DNA of 64,000 bases from an uncultured Bacillaceae bacterium. GTDB lineage: Bacteria; Bacillota; Bacilli; Tepidibacillales; Tepidibacillaceae. The position numbers and the translations under genes are program-made. The stretch spans positions 2,870-66,869 of the forward strand of contig CAZIGM010000002.1 of the NCBI GenBank assembly GCA_964538675.1. Direction: 5' to 3'. Every line of letters begins with the position of its first letter. Positions within the stretch are counted from its first letter, which is position 1. The notes below the pieces were generated by a model that was given only the letters and a program-made list of their open reading frames with translations, was not told where the DNA came from and ran no database searches. Below, piece after piece: positions 55,839-64,000 of the stretch.

Positions 55839-56843
55839 CTACATCTTTTTTGTAGATTGTCTGTCTATCAATTTATGTTGAAGTACAACAATTTGATCTT
55901 GAATAGGTTCGTTATTCATATGTTTAGTTAAAAATCTCATGGCAACTGCTCCAATATCATATTGTGGTTGAGAAACGGTTGATAGTAATGGACGTACCAT
56001 TGATGATATCGAAGTATCATCAAAACCTCTTACTTCAATATCAATCGGAACATTCAAACCTTTTTCTTGAATCACATGAATAGCTCCAACCGCCATTTCA
56101 TCACTTGAAGCAAATATTGCAGTTGGCCTTTCTTTTAACGTTAAAAAAAACTTCATTGCTTCCATACCTGATTCATAATAATAATTACCTACTCTTATAT
56201 ATTCCTCTTTAAAGGGAATGTTTGCTTCCTTAAGTGCATCTTTATAGCCTGAAAATCTCTCATAACCAGACAGTGGATCACTTAAAGGACCAGATATATA
56301 CCCTATTTTAGTATGTCCACTATCAATAAACGCCTTTACCGCATCTTTAGCTGCTAAAAAATGATTAATATCAACCGAAGGGAAAATCCTGTCTGAATCT
56401 TTAGTAGTAGCTAAAACAACCGGTACATAGGCGGTTTGGAAAATATTAAGATGGACATCAGTTACTTTCCCTCCCATAAATAGTAAACCGTCAACCTGTT
56501 TTTCAAATAATGTATTTATTAAAGTTATTTCCTTATCAATACTTCTATCAGAGTTGCACAGAATAATATTGTAATTATACATGCTAGCTATATCTTCTAT
56601 TCCCCTAACAACCTCGGCGAAGAAAGAATTAGAAATATCAGGAATAATTACTCCAACTGTTGTTGTTTTTTTACTTGCCAGTCCTCTAGCAACAGCATTT
56701 GGTCTATATCCTAAACGTTCTACTACTTCTAATACTTTTTTTCTAGTTGCTGGTTTAACTTGTGTGCTACCGTTAATTACTCTCGACACGGTTGCCATAG
56801 AAAAACCTGATTCACGTGCAACATCATAGATTGTCACTGGCAT
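55839..56843 (-). CDS. ccpA: LacI-family catabolite control protein A
   Basis: N-terminal HTH VTIYDVARESGFSMATVSRVING. The aroA(G)-ccpA-motPS synteny matches Bacillus. ATG 56843 follows GGAGAG. Confidence 0.8.
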   Translation of the reverse strand: MPVTIYDVARESGFSMATVSRVINGSTQVKPATRKKVLEVVERLGYRPNAVARGLASKKTTTVGVIIPDISNSFFAEVVRGIEDIASMYNYNIILCNSDRSIDKEITLINTLFEKQVDGLLFMGGKVTDVHLNIFQTAYVPVVLATTKDSDRIFPSVDINHFLAAKDAVKAFIDSGHTKIGYISGPLSDPLSGYERFSGYKDALKEANIPFKEEYIRVGNYYYESGMEAMKFFLTLKERPTAIFASSDEMAVGAIHVIQEKGLNVPIDIEVRGFDDTSISSMVRPLLSTVSQPQYDIGAVAMRFLTKHMNNEPIQDQIVVLQHKLIDRQSTKKM

Positions 56844-56975
56844 ATACAACTCTCCATTTTTTGAAGGTATATCCCTTCATTTATTTTATCGACATTATTA
56901 TATAATTTTTCAATACTTAATCATAATTTTTTTCGACAATTTTTTAATTAATCCTTCATACTATTTTACTATTTG

Positions 56976-58046
56976 TTATTGGATGAATTTAGCTTCCCTT
57001 AATGAAGAAAGTAATTCTCTGAATTGGTTTACATTTAATTGCTGATTAGCATCAGATAATGCAACCTCTGGATCTGGGTGAACTTCAACCATAATTCCAT
57101 CAGCACCTGCTGCAAGTGCTGCTTTAGCTGTGGGTATTACAATATCCTTTCGACCAGAAGAATGGCTTATATCTACAATTACAGGCAAATGAGTTTCCTG
57201 TTTTAAAATCGGAACAGCTAGTATATCCAAAGTATTACGTGTCCATTTTTCATAAGTCCTTATTCCCCGTTCAACTAGTACTACTTGACTATTACCTTTA
57301 GAAACTATATATTCAGCAGCAAATATTAATTCCTCAATCGTAGCGGCTATACCTCTTTTCAAAAGTACAGGTGTTTTAACTTCCCCTGCAGCTTTAAGTA
57401 ATTCAAAATTCTGCATATTTCTAGCACCGATTTGAATAACATCTACGTATTCTGTAGCTGTTTCTATATCAGCCGGATTAACAATTTCACTTACTACTTT
57501 TAGTTCATATTTATCTGCTACCTTTCGAAGAATCTTTAGACCATCTATGCCTAATCCTTGAAAATCATATGGAGATGTTCTAGGCTTAAATGCTCCAGCA
57601 CGTAATAACGTTAATCCTTGCTTCACAAGCTCTTTTGCAACTATATCCATCTGTTCTTCATTTTCTACTGAACAAGGTCCAGCAATGACAACCGGTTTTT
57701 CACCTATTGTAGTGTTACCAATGTTAACTATTGTATTCTCTGCTTGCTTTTCTCTACTTACTAAAAGCTTCCTATTGTTTTCTTCTTGTTGCAAATCTAA
57801 TGAAGCTTTAAATATTTGCTTAAACAAATATCTTATTGTATTATCATCAAATGGTCCTTCGTTATGTTCAATTATTTTATTAATCATTGCCCGTTCTCGA
57901 ATTGGATCAAATCTTGGCAACCCTTGTTTTGTTTTTATATTCCCAATATCTTGAATTATTTCTGCTCTTTTGTTAATAAGGTATAATAATTCAAGATTAA
58001 TATCATCTACTATACCTCTTAATCGTTCTAATTCCTTGTTGCTCAT
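56976..58046 (-). CDS. aroA: bifunctional chorismate mutase / 3-deoxy-7-phosphoheptulonate synthase AroA(G)
   Basis: N-terminal chorismate mutase helix bundle ([19 protein letters not shown]) fused to a KDO8PS-like DAHP synthase (GPCSVE, KPRTSPY). Confidence 0.9.
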   Translation of the reverse strand: MSNKELERLRGIVDDINLELLYLINKRAEIIQDIGNIKTKQGLPRFDPIRERAMINKIIEHNEGPFDDNTIRYLFKQIFKASLDLQQEENNRKLLVSREKQAENTIVNIGNTTIGEKPVVIAGPCSVENEEQMDIVAKELVKQGLTLLRAGAFKPRTSPYDFQGLGIDGLKILRKVADKYELKVVSEIVNPADIETATEYVDVIQIGARNMQNFELLKAAGEVKTPVLLKRGIAATIEELIFAAEYIVSKGNSQVVLVERGIRTYEKWTRNTLDILAVPILKQETHLPVIVDISHSSGRKDIVIPTAKAALAAGADGIMVEVHPDPEVALSDANQQLNVNQFRELLSSLREAKFIQ

Positions 58047-58170
58047 AATTTCCTCCTAGATTAAAATATTTATTAAAATAGATTATACCTTCTTTAAGCA
58101 TGAATGCAAATAAAAAAGGAATCTTTACTAAGAAAATAGAATATAGTTTAACGTAAAAATAAATAAAGAG

Positions 58171-60330
58171 GTGTCCATTGTGAAAGAAAAAACACCAATC
58201 TTTGCCCTAGATATAGGTACAAGAAGCATTATTGGGGTAATTATCGAGCCTTTAAATGAAGGCAAATTCCATATTAAAGATATAAAAATAATTGAACATG
58301 AAGATCGTTCTATGCTAGATGGACAAATACATGATATTTTAGCAGTTTCTAAAACTATCAAGATGGTTAAACTACATCTAGAATCTAACAATGGTCCTTT
58401 AAGACATGTTGCGGTAGCTGCTGCGGGTCGTTCTTTAAAAACTTTGTCTGTTACTGTAGATACAAGCATAGAAAGCCAACCTCTATTAACAAAAGAGGAT
58501 ATTAGGGCTTTAGAATTATCTGCCGTTCAAGAGGCTCAAAAAAAGCTTCTTGATAATGAAGAGCAAGAAGATTTAGCACATTATCATTGTGTTGGTTACA
58601 GCGTTGTAAATTACTTTTTAGATGACCAAATTATTTGGAGTTTAATAGATCAGCGAGGTAAAAAAGCTACAGTAGAAATAATTGCTACTTTTTTACCTGG
58701 AATAGTTGTAGATTCATTAATTTCTTCTCTTCATAGAGCAGATTTGGAAATGCAAGCACTAACTTTGGAACCAATTGCTGCCATTAATGTTTTAATCCCG
58801 CCTTCAATGAGAAAATTAAATATTGCCTTTGTTGATATTGGAGCAGGTACGTCAGATATTGCCATTACAGCTGATAGTACAATAATTGCCTATGGAATGG
58901 TACCTTATGCAGGAGATGAAATCACTGAAGCTATATGCGAAAATTTTTTATTAGACTTTCATGTTGCTGAAGATATCAAAAGAAAAATAATTTCTTATGA
59001 TGAAATAAGTTTTACTGATATATTAGGAGTAAGTCAAACAATTCCTAGCGATGAATTTATTAATCAAATAGATAAAGATATAAATATTCTCGCAAAACAT
59101 ATTTCCGAAAAAATTATTGAATTAAATGGCAAACCTCCAAAAGCTGTAATGCTTGTAGGTGGTGGAAGCCAAACCGCAAAATTAACAGAAAAAGTTGCAA
59201 TTAACCTTGGTATTCCCTCACATAGAGTAGCAGTAAGAGGAGCGGATGCAATAGAATATGAAATTAAATGGCCTGAAAATACTGATAAAGGTCCTGATTT
59301 AATAACACCTATTGGTATTGCCATATCCTCTAAAGAAAATCCAGTAAATTACACAACTGTTTTGGTAAATAACGAAATTGTACGCCTTTTTGAAATGAAA
59401 ACATTAACTATTGGTGATGCACTTATTGCTGCTGGTATACCAATCAAAAAAATGCTTGGCAAGCCAGGTTTAGCAATGACTATTAACATTAATGGAACAT
59501 TTAAAATTATTCCGGGTGAACGTGGAACAATGCCTGAGATTTTATTAAATGATAATCCAGCAACTATGGAAACAAAAATTAAAAATACTGATAAAATAAA
59601 CGTCAAACCTGGTATTAATGGCAAAAATGCTACACTAACTGCTGAAGAGTCTTTAAAATATTCACCAATTAAACCATTAAATATAACCATAAATAATAAA
59701 CAACATAGCCTTCTACCTTTATTAAAAATAAATAATATAGATGCCGGATATTCTGTACCGATACGCGACCGTGATTCTCTATTATTTGAACACGTAAAAA
59801 ATATAGAAGAGGCATTAGTTTTGGCAGAATATTCAACGGAACCTTTTTCAAAAACAATATTTCATCTGAATGTTATGAACGTCTCAAAAGCAATTCCTTT
59901 TGTTCCAAAAAAATTATATAAAAATGGTAAGGTTGCGGATTTACATGAGCCTATATATGATAGAGATATAATTACATTTGATAATTTTACTAAACCTTTT
60001 CCAACTATAAAAAGCTTATTAAAGGATGATATTAATCCGAGTTGCCAAATTGGTGTTACTTTTAATGGTCAACAAATAAAAATGGAACCTGAATCCCTGC
60101 AAATACTAATGAATAAGAAAACAGTAGACTTAAATACTCAGGTAGAACCTAATTGCGTTATAGATATTAAATGGAGAGACAATGAAAAAATTACTTTTAG
60201 GGATATATTTCGATATGTAGAATTAGATACTTCTAGAGGAAGGAAATATTCAATGCTTGTAAATGGAGAAAATGTAGAATTCACTACACCTATTAATAAT
60301 GGCGATATCTTACAACTAATATGGAAGTAA
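58171..60330 (+). CDS. large actin-fold ATPase domain protein (FtsA/PilM/EutJ-like N-terminal half)
   Basis: FALDIGTRSIIGV and VDIGAGTSDI phosphate-binding motifs plus LVGGGSQ. The C-terminal ~330 aa is unassigned. Start may be GTG 58180. Confidence 0.55.
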   Translation: MSIVKEKTPIFALDIGTRSIIGVIIEPLNEGKFHIKDIKIIEHEDRSMLDGQIHDILAVSKTIKMVKLHLESNNGPLRHVAVAAAGRSLKTLSVTVDTSIESQPLLTKEDIRALELSAVQEAQKKLLDNEEQEDLAHYHCVGYSVVNYFLDDQIIWSLIDQRGKKATVEIIATFLPGIVVDSLISSLHRADLEMQALTLEPIAAINVLIPPSMRKLNIAFVDIGAGTSDIAITADSTIIAYGMVPYAGDEITEAICENFLLDFHVAEDIKRKIISYDEISFTDILGVSQTIPSDEFINQIDKDINILAKHISEKIIELNGKPPKAVMLVGGGSQTAKLTEKVAINLGIPSHRVAVRGADAIEYEIKWPENTDKGPDLITPIGIAISSKENPVNYTTVLVNNEIVRLFEMKTLTIGDALIAAGIPIKKMLGKPGLAMTININGTFKIIPGERGTMPEILLNDNPATMETKIKNTDKINVKPGINGKNATLTAEESLKYSPIKPLNITINNKQHSLLPLLKINNIDAGYSVPIRDRDSLLFEHVKNIEEALVLAEYSTEPFSKTIFHLNVMNVSKAIPFVPKKLYKNGKVADLHEPIYDRDIITFDNFTKPFPTIKSLLKDDINPSCQIGVTFNGQQIKMEPESLQILMNKKTVDLNTQVEPNCVIDIKWRDNEKITFRDIFRYVELDTSRGRKYSMLVNGENVEFTTPINNGDILQLIWK

Positions 60331-60365
60331 TCTTTGAATTAAATATGTGAGGTGTTTTATGATTT

Positions 60366-60707
60366 ATGACTTACAATAATCCATATAATATTGAAATAAA
60401 ATATTTCCCTATAGGTAAAGATAATTTTTTTCTTATTACAGGCGGAACAGCACATATTGGTGCCACAGCAACCGCTTATTGGGATAATAAACAATTGCAT
60501 ATTTCTTTAAAAGAATTGCCTCATCACAAAGAAGGAGAGCTAGCCAAGGAATGTGCAGAGTTAGCTGCTAAAGCACTTAATAGCACATGTTCCGTAATCA
60601 TGGGAATTCATATAGATAATGCATCAAAGGAAGATATAGATAATATAATTAGCTTTGTAAAAAAAGAAATGAGCAATAAACTAAATGTACTTTTAAAGGA
60701 TAAATAA
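60366..60707 (+). CDS. hypothetical protein
   Basis: 113-aa ORF co-directional with and 35 nt after the previous gene. A terminator follows. Confidence 0.5.
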   Translation: MTYNNPYNIEIKYFPIGKDNFFLITGGTAHIGATATAYWDNKQLHISLKELPHHKEGELAKECAELAAKALNSTCSVIMGIHIDNASKEDIDNIISFVKKEMSNKLNVLLKDK

Positions 60708-60746
60708 AAAAAAGCTATTGAATTTAACCCAAATAGCTTTTTTTAT
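60706..60746. terminator. bidirectional terminator
   Basis: A-run, AGCTATT...AATAGCT stem, then T-run, between convergent genes. Confidence 0.7.
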
Positions 60747-60754
60747 TTATATAT

Positions 60755-61183
60755 TTATTTACAACTATGCTTTTGTTGGCATTTTTTACATATCCCATAT
60801 ACTTCAAATTTGTGATTCTCTATTTTAAAATCCTCTTCATAATCTTCGAGAAAAAACTCCATAGGACATTTCTTCGTTATTGTAATATCACCACAAATAC
60901 TACATATCAAATGATGATGATGACCCTCAACACATGGTGCTTTAAATCTAGTTTCACCATCAAATTGCTTTTCCTCTACTAATCCCAAATCGACTAAAGT
61001 ATTTAAGTTACGGTAAATAGTATCAAAGCTGACACATGGGTATTTCTTCTGTACATTATTTAATATGTCCTTTGCTGAAACATATTTATTGTTCTTATAT
61101 ATCGATTCAACAATTGCTTTTCGTTGTTCAGTTAATTTATAACCTTGTTCTTTTAAAGTGTTCATTACTTCGTTAATTGTCAT
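60755..61183 (-). CDS. Fur-family metalloregulator (PerR/Zur-like)
   Basis: 142 aa with a winged helix, an HHHH cluster and two CxxC pairs (CSICG, CKKC). Confidence 0.85.
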   Translation of the reverse strand: MTINEVMNTLKEQGYKLTEQRKAIVESIYKNNKYVSAKDILNNVQKKYPCVSFDTIYRNLNTLVDLGLVEEKQFDGETRFKAPCVEGHHHHLICSICGDITITKKCPMEFFLEDYEEDFKIENHKFEVYGICKKCQQKHSCK

Positions 61184-61323
61184 CTATGTCCACCCCTAGC
61201 CGAACATTATCTATTGTTTTTATGATAAGAAAGTATGTCATGTTTGTCAAATTATATTAATACAATTTACTTCTAATATATGTTATTATTATCTTTTATA
61301 ACGAACAGTTTTGGGGTGTAATT

Positions 61324-63078
61324 ATGAAACATTTTATTGCTTTAAAAGATTTTTTTATAGAAAATAAACGAAAATATATTATAGGCATACTCTGGCTAAT
61401 TGGAGTAGATGTCTTACAATTACTTATTCCAAAAATATTAGGTGTATACACTGATGCTTTAAAAACAGGTACTCTTACCTCGAAAAATATGTTGTTTTAT
61501 GGATTTCTAATCATTATTATTGCTTTTTTTATGTTCCTTTTTAGATATCTCTGGCGAATATATATTATGGGAACAGCGCGTTTACTAGAATATAAATTAA
61601 GAAATGATTTATATACGCATTTTCAAAAGTTATCTACCAATTATTTTAATAATCACAAAACTGGGGACTTAATGGCTCATGCAACTAATGACATTAACGC
61701 AGTTCGAATGGCTGCTGGTCCAGGGATTATTATGATATTTGATGCCACAATTTTATTAACTGCTTCTATCTTTATGATGGCACAAACAATTTCTTTAAAG
61801 TTGACAATTATAGCTCTTATACCTTTGCCCTTTATGGCTCTTATAACTGGTAAATTCGGAACTATAATTCATCATCGTTTTCGTAAAGCACAAGAATCTT
61901 TTTCAAATTTAACAGAGAAAGTTCAGGAAAATTTTTCAGGCATACGTGTAGTTAAATCCTTTGTCCAAGAAAATGAAGAGATTAATAAATTCACAGATGC
62001 TAATCAAGATTATGTGAATAAAAACATGAGATTAGTTAAAATTCATGCATTATTTCATCCGATTGTGCAATTAATTTCAGGCTTAAGTTTATTAATCGTA
62101 CTTACATATGGTGGCATTCTAGTTATTAATAGAGAGATTTCCCTAGGTGATTTCGTTGCTTTTAACAGTTACCTAGGATTATTAACTTGGCCAATGATGG
62201 CAATCGGCTGGGTAGTAAATATCTTGCAAAGAGGTTCTGCCTCAATGGCTCGCCTTAATGAAATATTCAGAACAAAACCGGAAATATATGATTTACCTAA
62301 TATAGTAAACAAGGATTTGAATGTGATTGCTGGAGATATAGACATTACAAATCTATCCTATGCTTACCCCGAAACAACATATAATGTTCTTAAAGATATT
62401 AACATTCATATTCCCCAAGGTAATACCTTAGCGATAGTTGGGAAAACAGGTAGTGGTAAGACTACTTTAGTAAATTTACTGCTAAGACTTTTTGATATTG
62501 AAACGGGAAAAATTAAAATTGATGGTAACGATATAAAAGAATTTCCATTAGAAATATTACGTCAAAACATAGGTTATGTTCCACAAGACAATTTTTTATT
62601 TTCTACAACTATTAAGGATAATATAGGTTTTGGAGTGGACTATTACAATGATGAAGAAATTGAAGAAGCTGCTAAAATTGCACAAATATTTGATAACATC
62701 ATAGATTTCCCAAATAAATTCAAAACAATTGTTGGAGAGCGAGGGGTTTCTCTATCTGGAGGACAGAAACAGAGAATTTCGATTGCTAGAGCATTAATAA
62801 AAAATCCAAGTATTTTAATCTTAGATGATAGTTTATCTGCAGTGGACACAAAAACCGAGGAGGCTATTTTGAAAAGATTAAAAGACTCAATGAAGAACAA
62901 AACAGCTATAATAATATCGCATCGAATATCCACAATTAAAGATGCTGATGAAATAATTATGTTAGAGGATGGAGTAATAATTGAGCGAGGAACACATGAA
63001 AAGCTAGTAAATTCCCAAGGAACCTACTATGAGCTATATCAAAAACAGCTTTTAGAAGAAATGATTGCTAACCAGTAA
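61324..63078 (+). CDS. ABC exporter fused permease/ATPase subunit
   Basis: Six-TM exporter domain plus Walker A GKTGSGKTT, LSGGQKQR and ILILDDS. Confidence 0.9.
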   Translation: MKHFIALKDFFIENKRKYIIGILWLIGVDVLQLLIPKILGVYTDALKTGTLTSKNMLFYGFLIIIIAFFMFLFRYLWRIYIMGTARLLEYKLRNDLYTHFQKLSTNYFNNHKTGDLMAHATNDINAVRMAAGPGIIMIFDATILLTASIFMMAQTISLKLTIIALIPLPFMALITGKFGTIIHHRFRKAQESFSNLTEKVQENFSGIRVVKSFVQENEEINKFTDANQDYVNKNMRLVKIHALFHPIVQLISGLSLLIVLTYGGILVINREISLGDFVAFNSYLGLLTWPMMAIGWVVNILQRGSASMARLNEIFRTKPEIYDLPNIVNKDLNVIAGDIDITNLSYAYPETTYNVLKDINIHIPQGNTLAIVGKTGSGKTTLVNLLLRLFDIETGKIKIDGNDIKEFPLEILRQNIGYVPQDNFLFSTTIKDNIGFGVDYYNDEEIEEAAKIAQIFDNIIDFPNKFKTIVGERGVSLSGGQKQRISIARALIKNPSILILDDSLSAVDTKTEEAILKRLKDSMKNKTAIIISHRISTIKDADEIIMLEDGVIIERGTHEKLVNSQGTYYELYQKQLLEEMIANQ

Positions 63079-63216
63079 AGCCGAACTTATATCGTGTTTT
63101 CTGCGATATTAGCGAGACTTATCCTAAATTCATTCTTACCCACTTAACTTTGCGTGATTAAGAGACATAACCTTTTCACCTTGTATAGAAGTGGACATCC
63201 TATCATATCTGGGTAA
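63077..63216 (+). repeat. dispersed modular intergenic repeat, copy between the two ABC exporter genes
   Basis: Starts AAAGCCGAACTT inside the stop codon region. It contains GAGACTTATCCTAAATTCATTCT and ends CCTATCATATCTGGGTAA. Confidence 0.8.
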
Positions 63217-63230
63217 AGGAAGTGAGCTAT

Positions 63231-64000
63231 ATGAGTACAGAATTTCATGAGGAAGATGCCTTAGGTAAAGCTTATGATTATCGCCTAATGAAGCGTCTAT
63301 TAAAATACACAAAACCTTACAAATTGTTAATTACATTTTCCATTTTTCTTTTATTAATAATTACAGCTTTAGAGCTTGCACAACCTTATCTAATTAAGAT
63401 AGCAATTGATGATCATATTAATGGAATACATGACCCAATGGTTATTTATGAGCCTGGAGAAGCTCCAACAGAGGGTGTTGTTTTTAGAGGAGAAGAATAT
63501 GTAAGGCTAAAAAAACTTGATATCAATTCTGAGAACTTAGAAATATATCAAATAATTGAAAAAGACGATGTTTTTTATTTGATAGATGGTACTATATCTA
63601 AAACCACTAAGTATGAAATTATTTATAAAGATAATAAACCAATTATTAAAACTGATGAACAGACCTTTAAAACAATAGAATTAACAGAAGAAGAAATAAG
63701 ACAATTTAGAGAAAAAGATATTTTAGCATTATATAAAATAGGTATAATTTTTTTAATGATTCTTTTATTAATATTTATTCTTAACTACATTCAGACATAT
63801 ATCCTTCAATATACTGGACAAAAGGTTATATTTACAATAAGACAAAAATTATTTTCACATCTACAAAAATTATCTTTAAGATTTTTTGACAAAAATCCAG
63901 TAGGTAGATTGGTAACTAGGGTAACTAATGACGTTGAAACATTAAATGAAATGTATACAAATGTTTTAGTTAATTTATTTAAAGATGTATTTATACTAAT
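63231..64000 (+). CDS. ABC exporter fused permease/ATPase subunit, partner (partial, runs off window)
   Basis: ATG 63231 lies 8 nt after GGAAGTGAG. The translation MSTEFHEEDALGKAYDYRLMKRLLKY...FFDKNPVGRLVTRVTNDVE is typical of the exporter TMD. No stop before the window end. Confidence 0.85.
   Translation, partial: MSTEFHEEDALGKAYDYRLMKRLLKYTKPYKLLITFSIFLLLIITALELAQPYLIKIAIDDHINGIHDPMVIYEPGEAPTEGVVFRGEEYVRLKKLDINSENLEIYQIIEKDDVFYLIDGTISKTTKYEIIYKDNKPIIKTDEQTFKTIELTEEEIRQFREKDILALYKIGIIFLMILLLIFILNYIQTYILQYTGQKVIFTIRQKLFSHLQKLSLRFFDKNPVGRLVTRVTNDVETLNEMYTNVLVNLFKDVFIL

Overview
This is an AT-rich chromosome segment of Bacillota type, roughly 28-32% G+C by my spot counts of individual lines. 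It is transcribed mostly on the minus strand. The backbone has Bacillus-like synteny. It carries yqeG-yqeH-aroE-yqeI-nadD-yqeK-rsfS-(cvfB-like)-yqeM, then a cobalamin-riboswitch-controlled BtuFCD-type importer next to cobO. It also carries rhomboid GluP, a SleB-like cortex hydrolase, pgi, glcK, MarR-ArsA and MoxR-DUF58-DUF4129. Further along are a second FecCD-type importer, an M29 aminopeptidase, a GGDEF protein, rpsD, T-box-tyrS and a class A PBP. The window ends with mtnN, motAB-ccpA-aroA(G), a Fur-family regulator and a heterodimeric ABC exporter that runs off the end. An accessory patch at about 18.5-30.6 kb holds the unusual content. (1) A stand-alone receiver gene sits with three paralogous mini-genes that encode only a histidine-kinase DHp/H-box domain. 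A second receiver gene there is destroyed by an internal deletion. Two homologous ~230-nt terminator-containing leaders precede the two receiver genes. (2) An IS transposase remnant lies at 20981-21184. (3) A somewhat G+C-richer five-gene minus-strand operon spans 21800-29532. It encodes a NurA-like nuclease, a HerA-like ATPase, a GHKL ATPase, a B12-domain-type radical SAM protein and a DUF4263 (Shedu-type) nuclease. I do not recognise this combination as a named system, and it is my top candidate for an undescribed anti-mobile-element system. Two repeat families are also present. One is a modular ~110-290-bp intergenic element found at seven loci, all in one orientation. The other is a pair of TIR-bearing MITE-like elements in inverted orientation bracketing tyrS. 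No rRNA, tRNA, CRISPR array, integrase or prophage structural genes were seen. All family assignments come from motif recognition by eye and need database confirmation.
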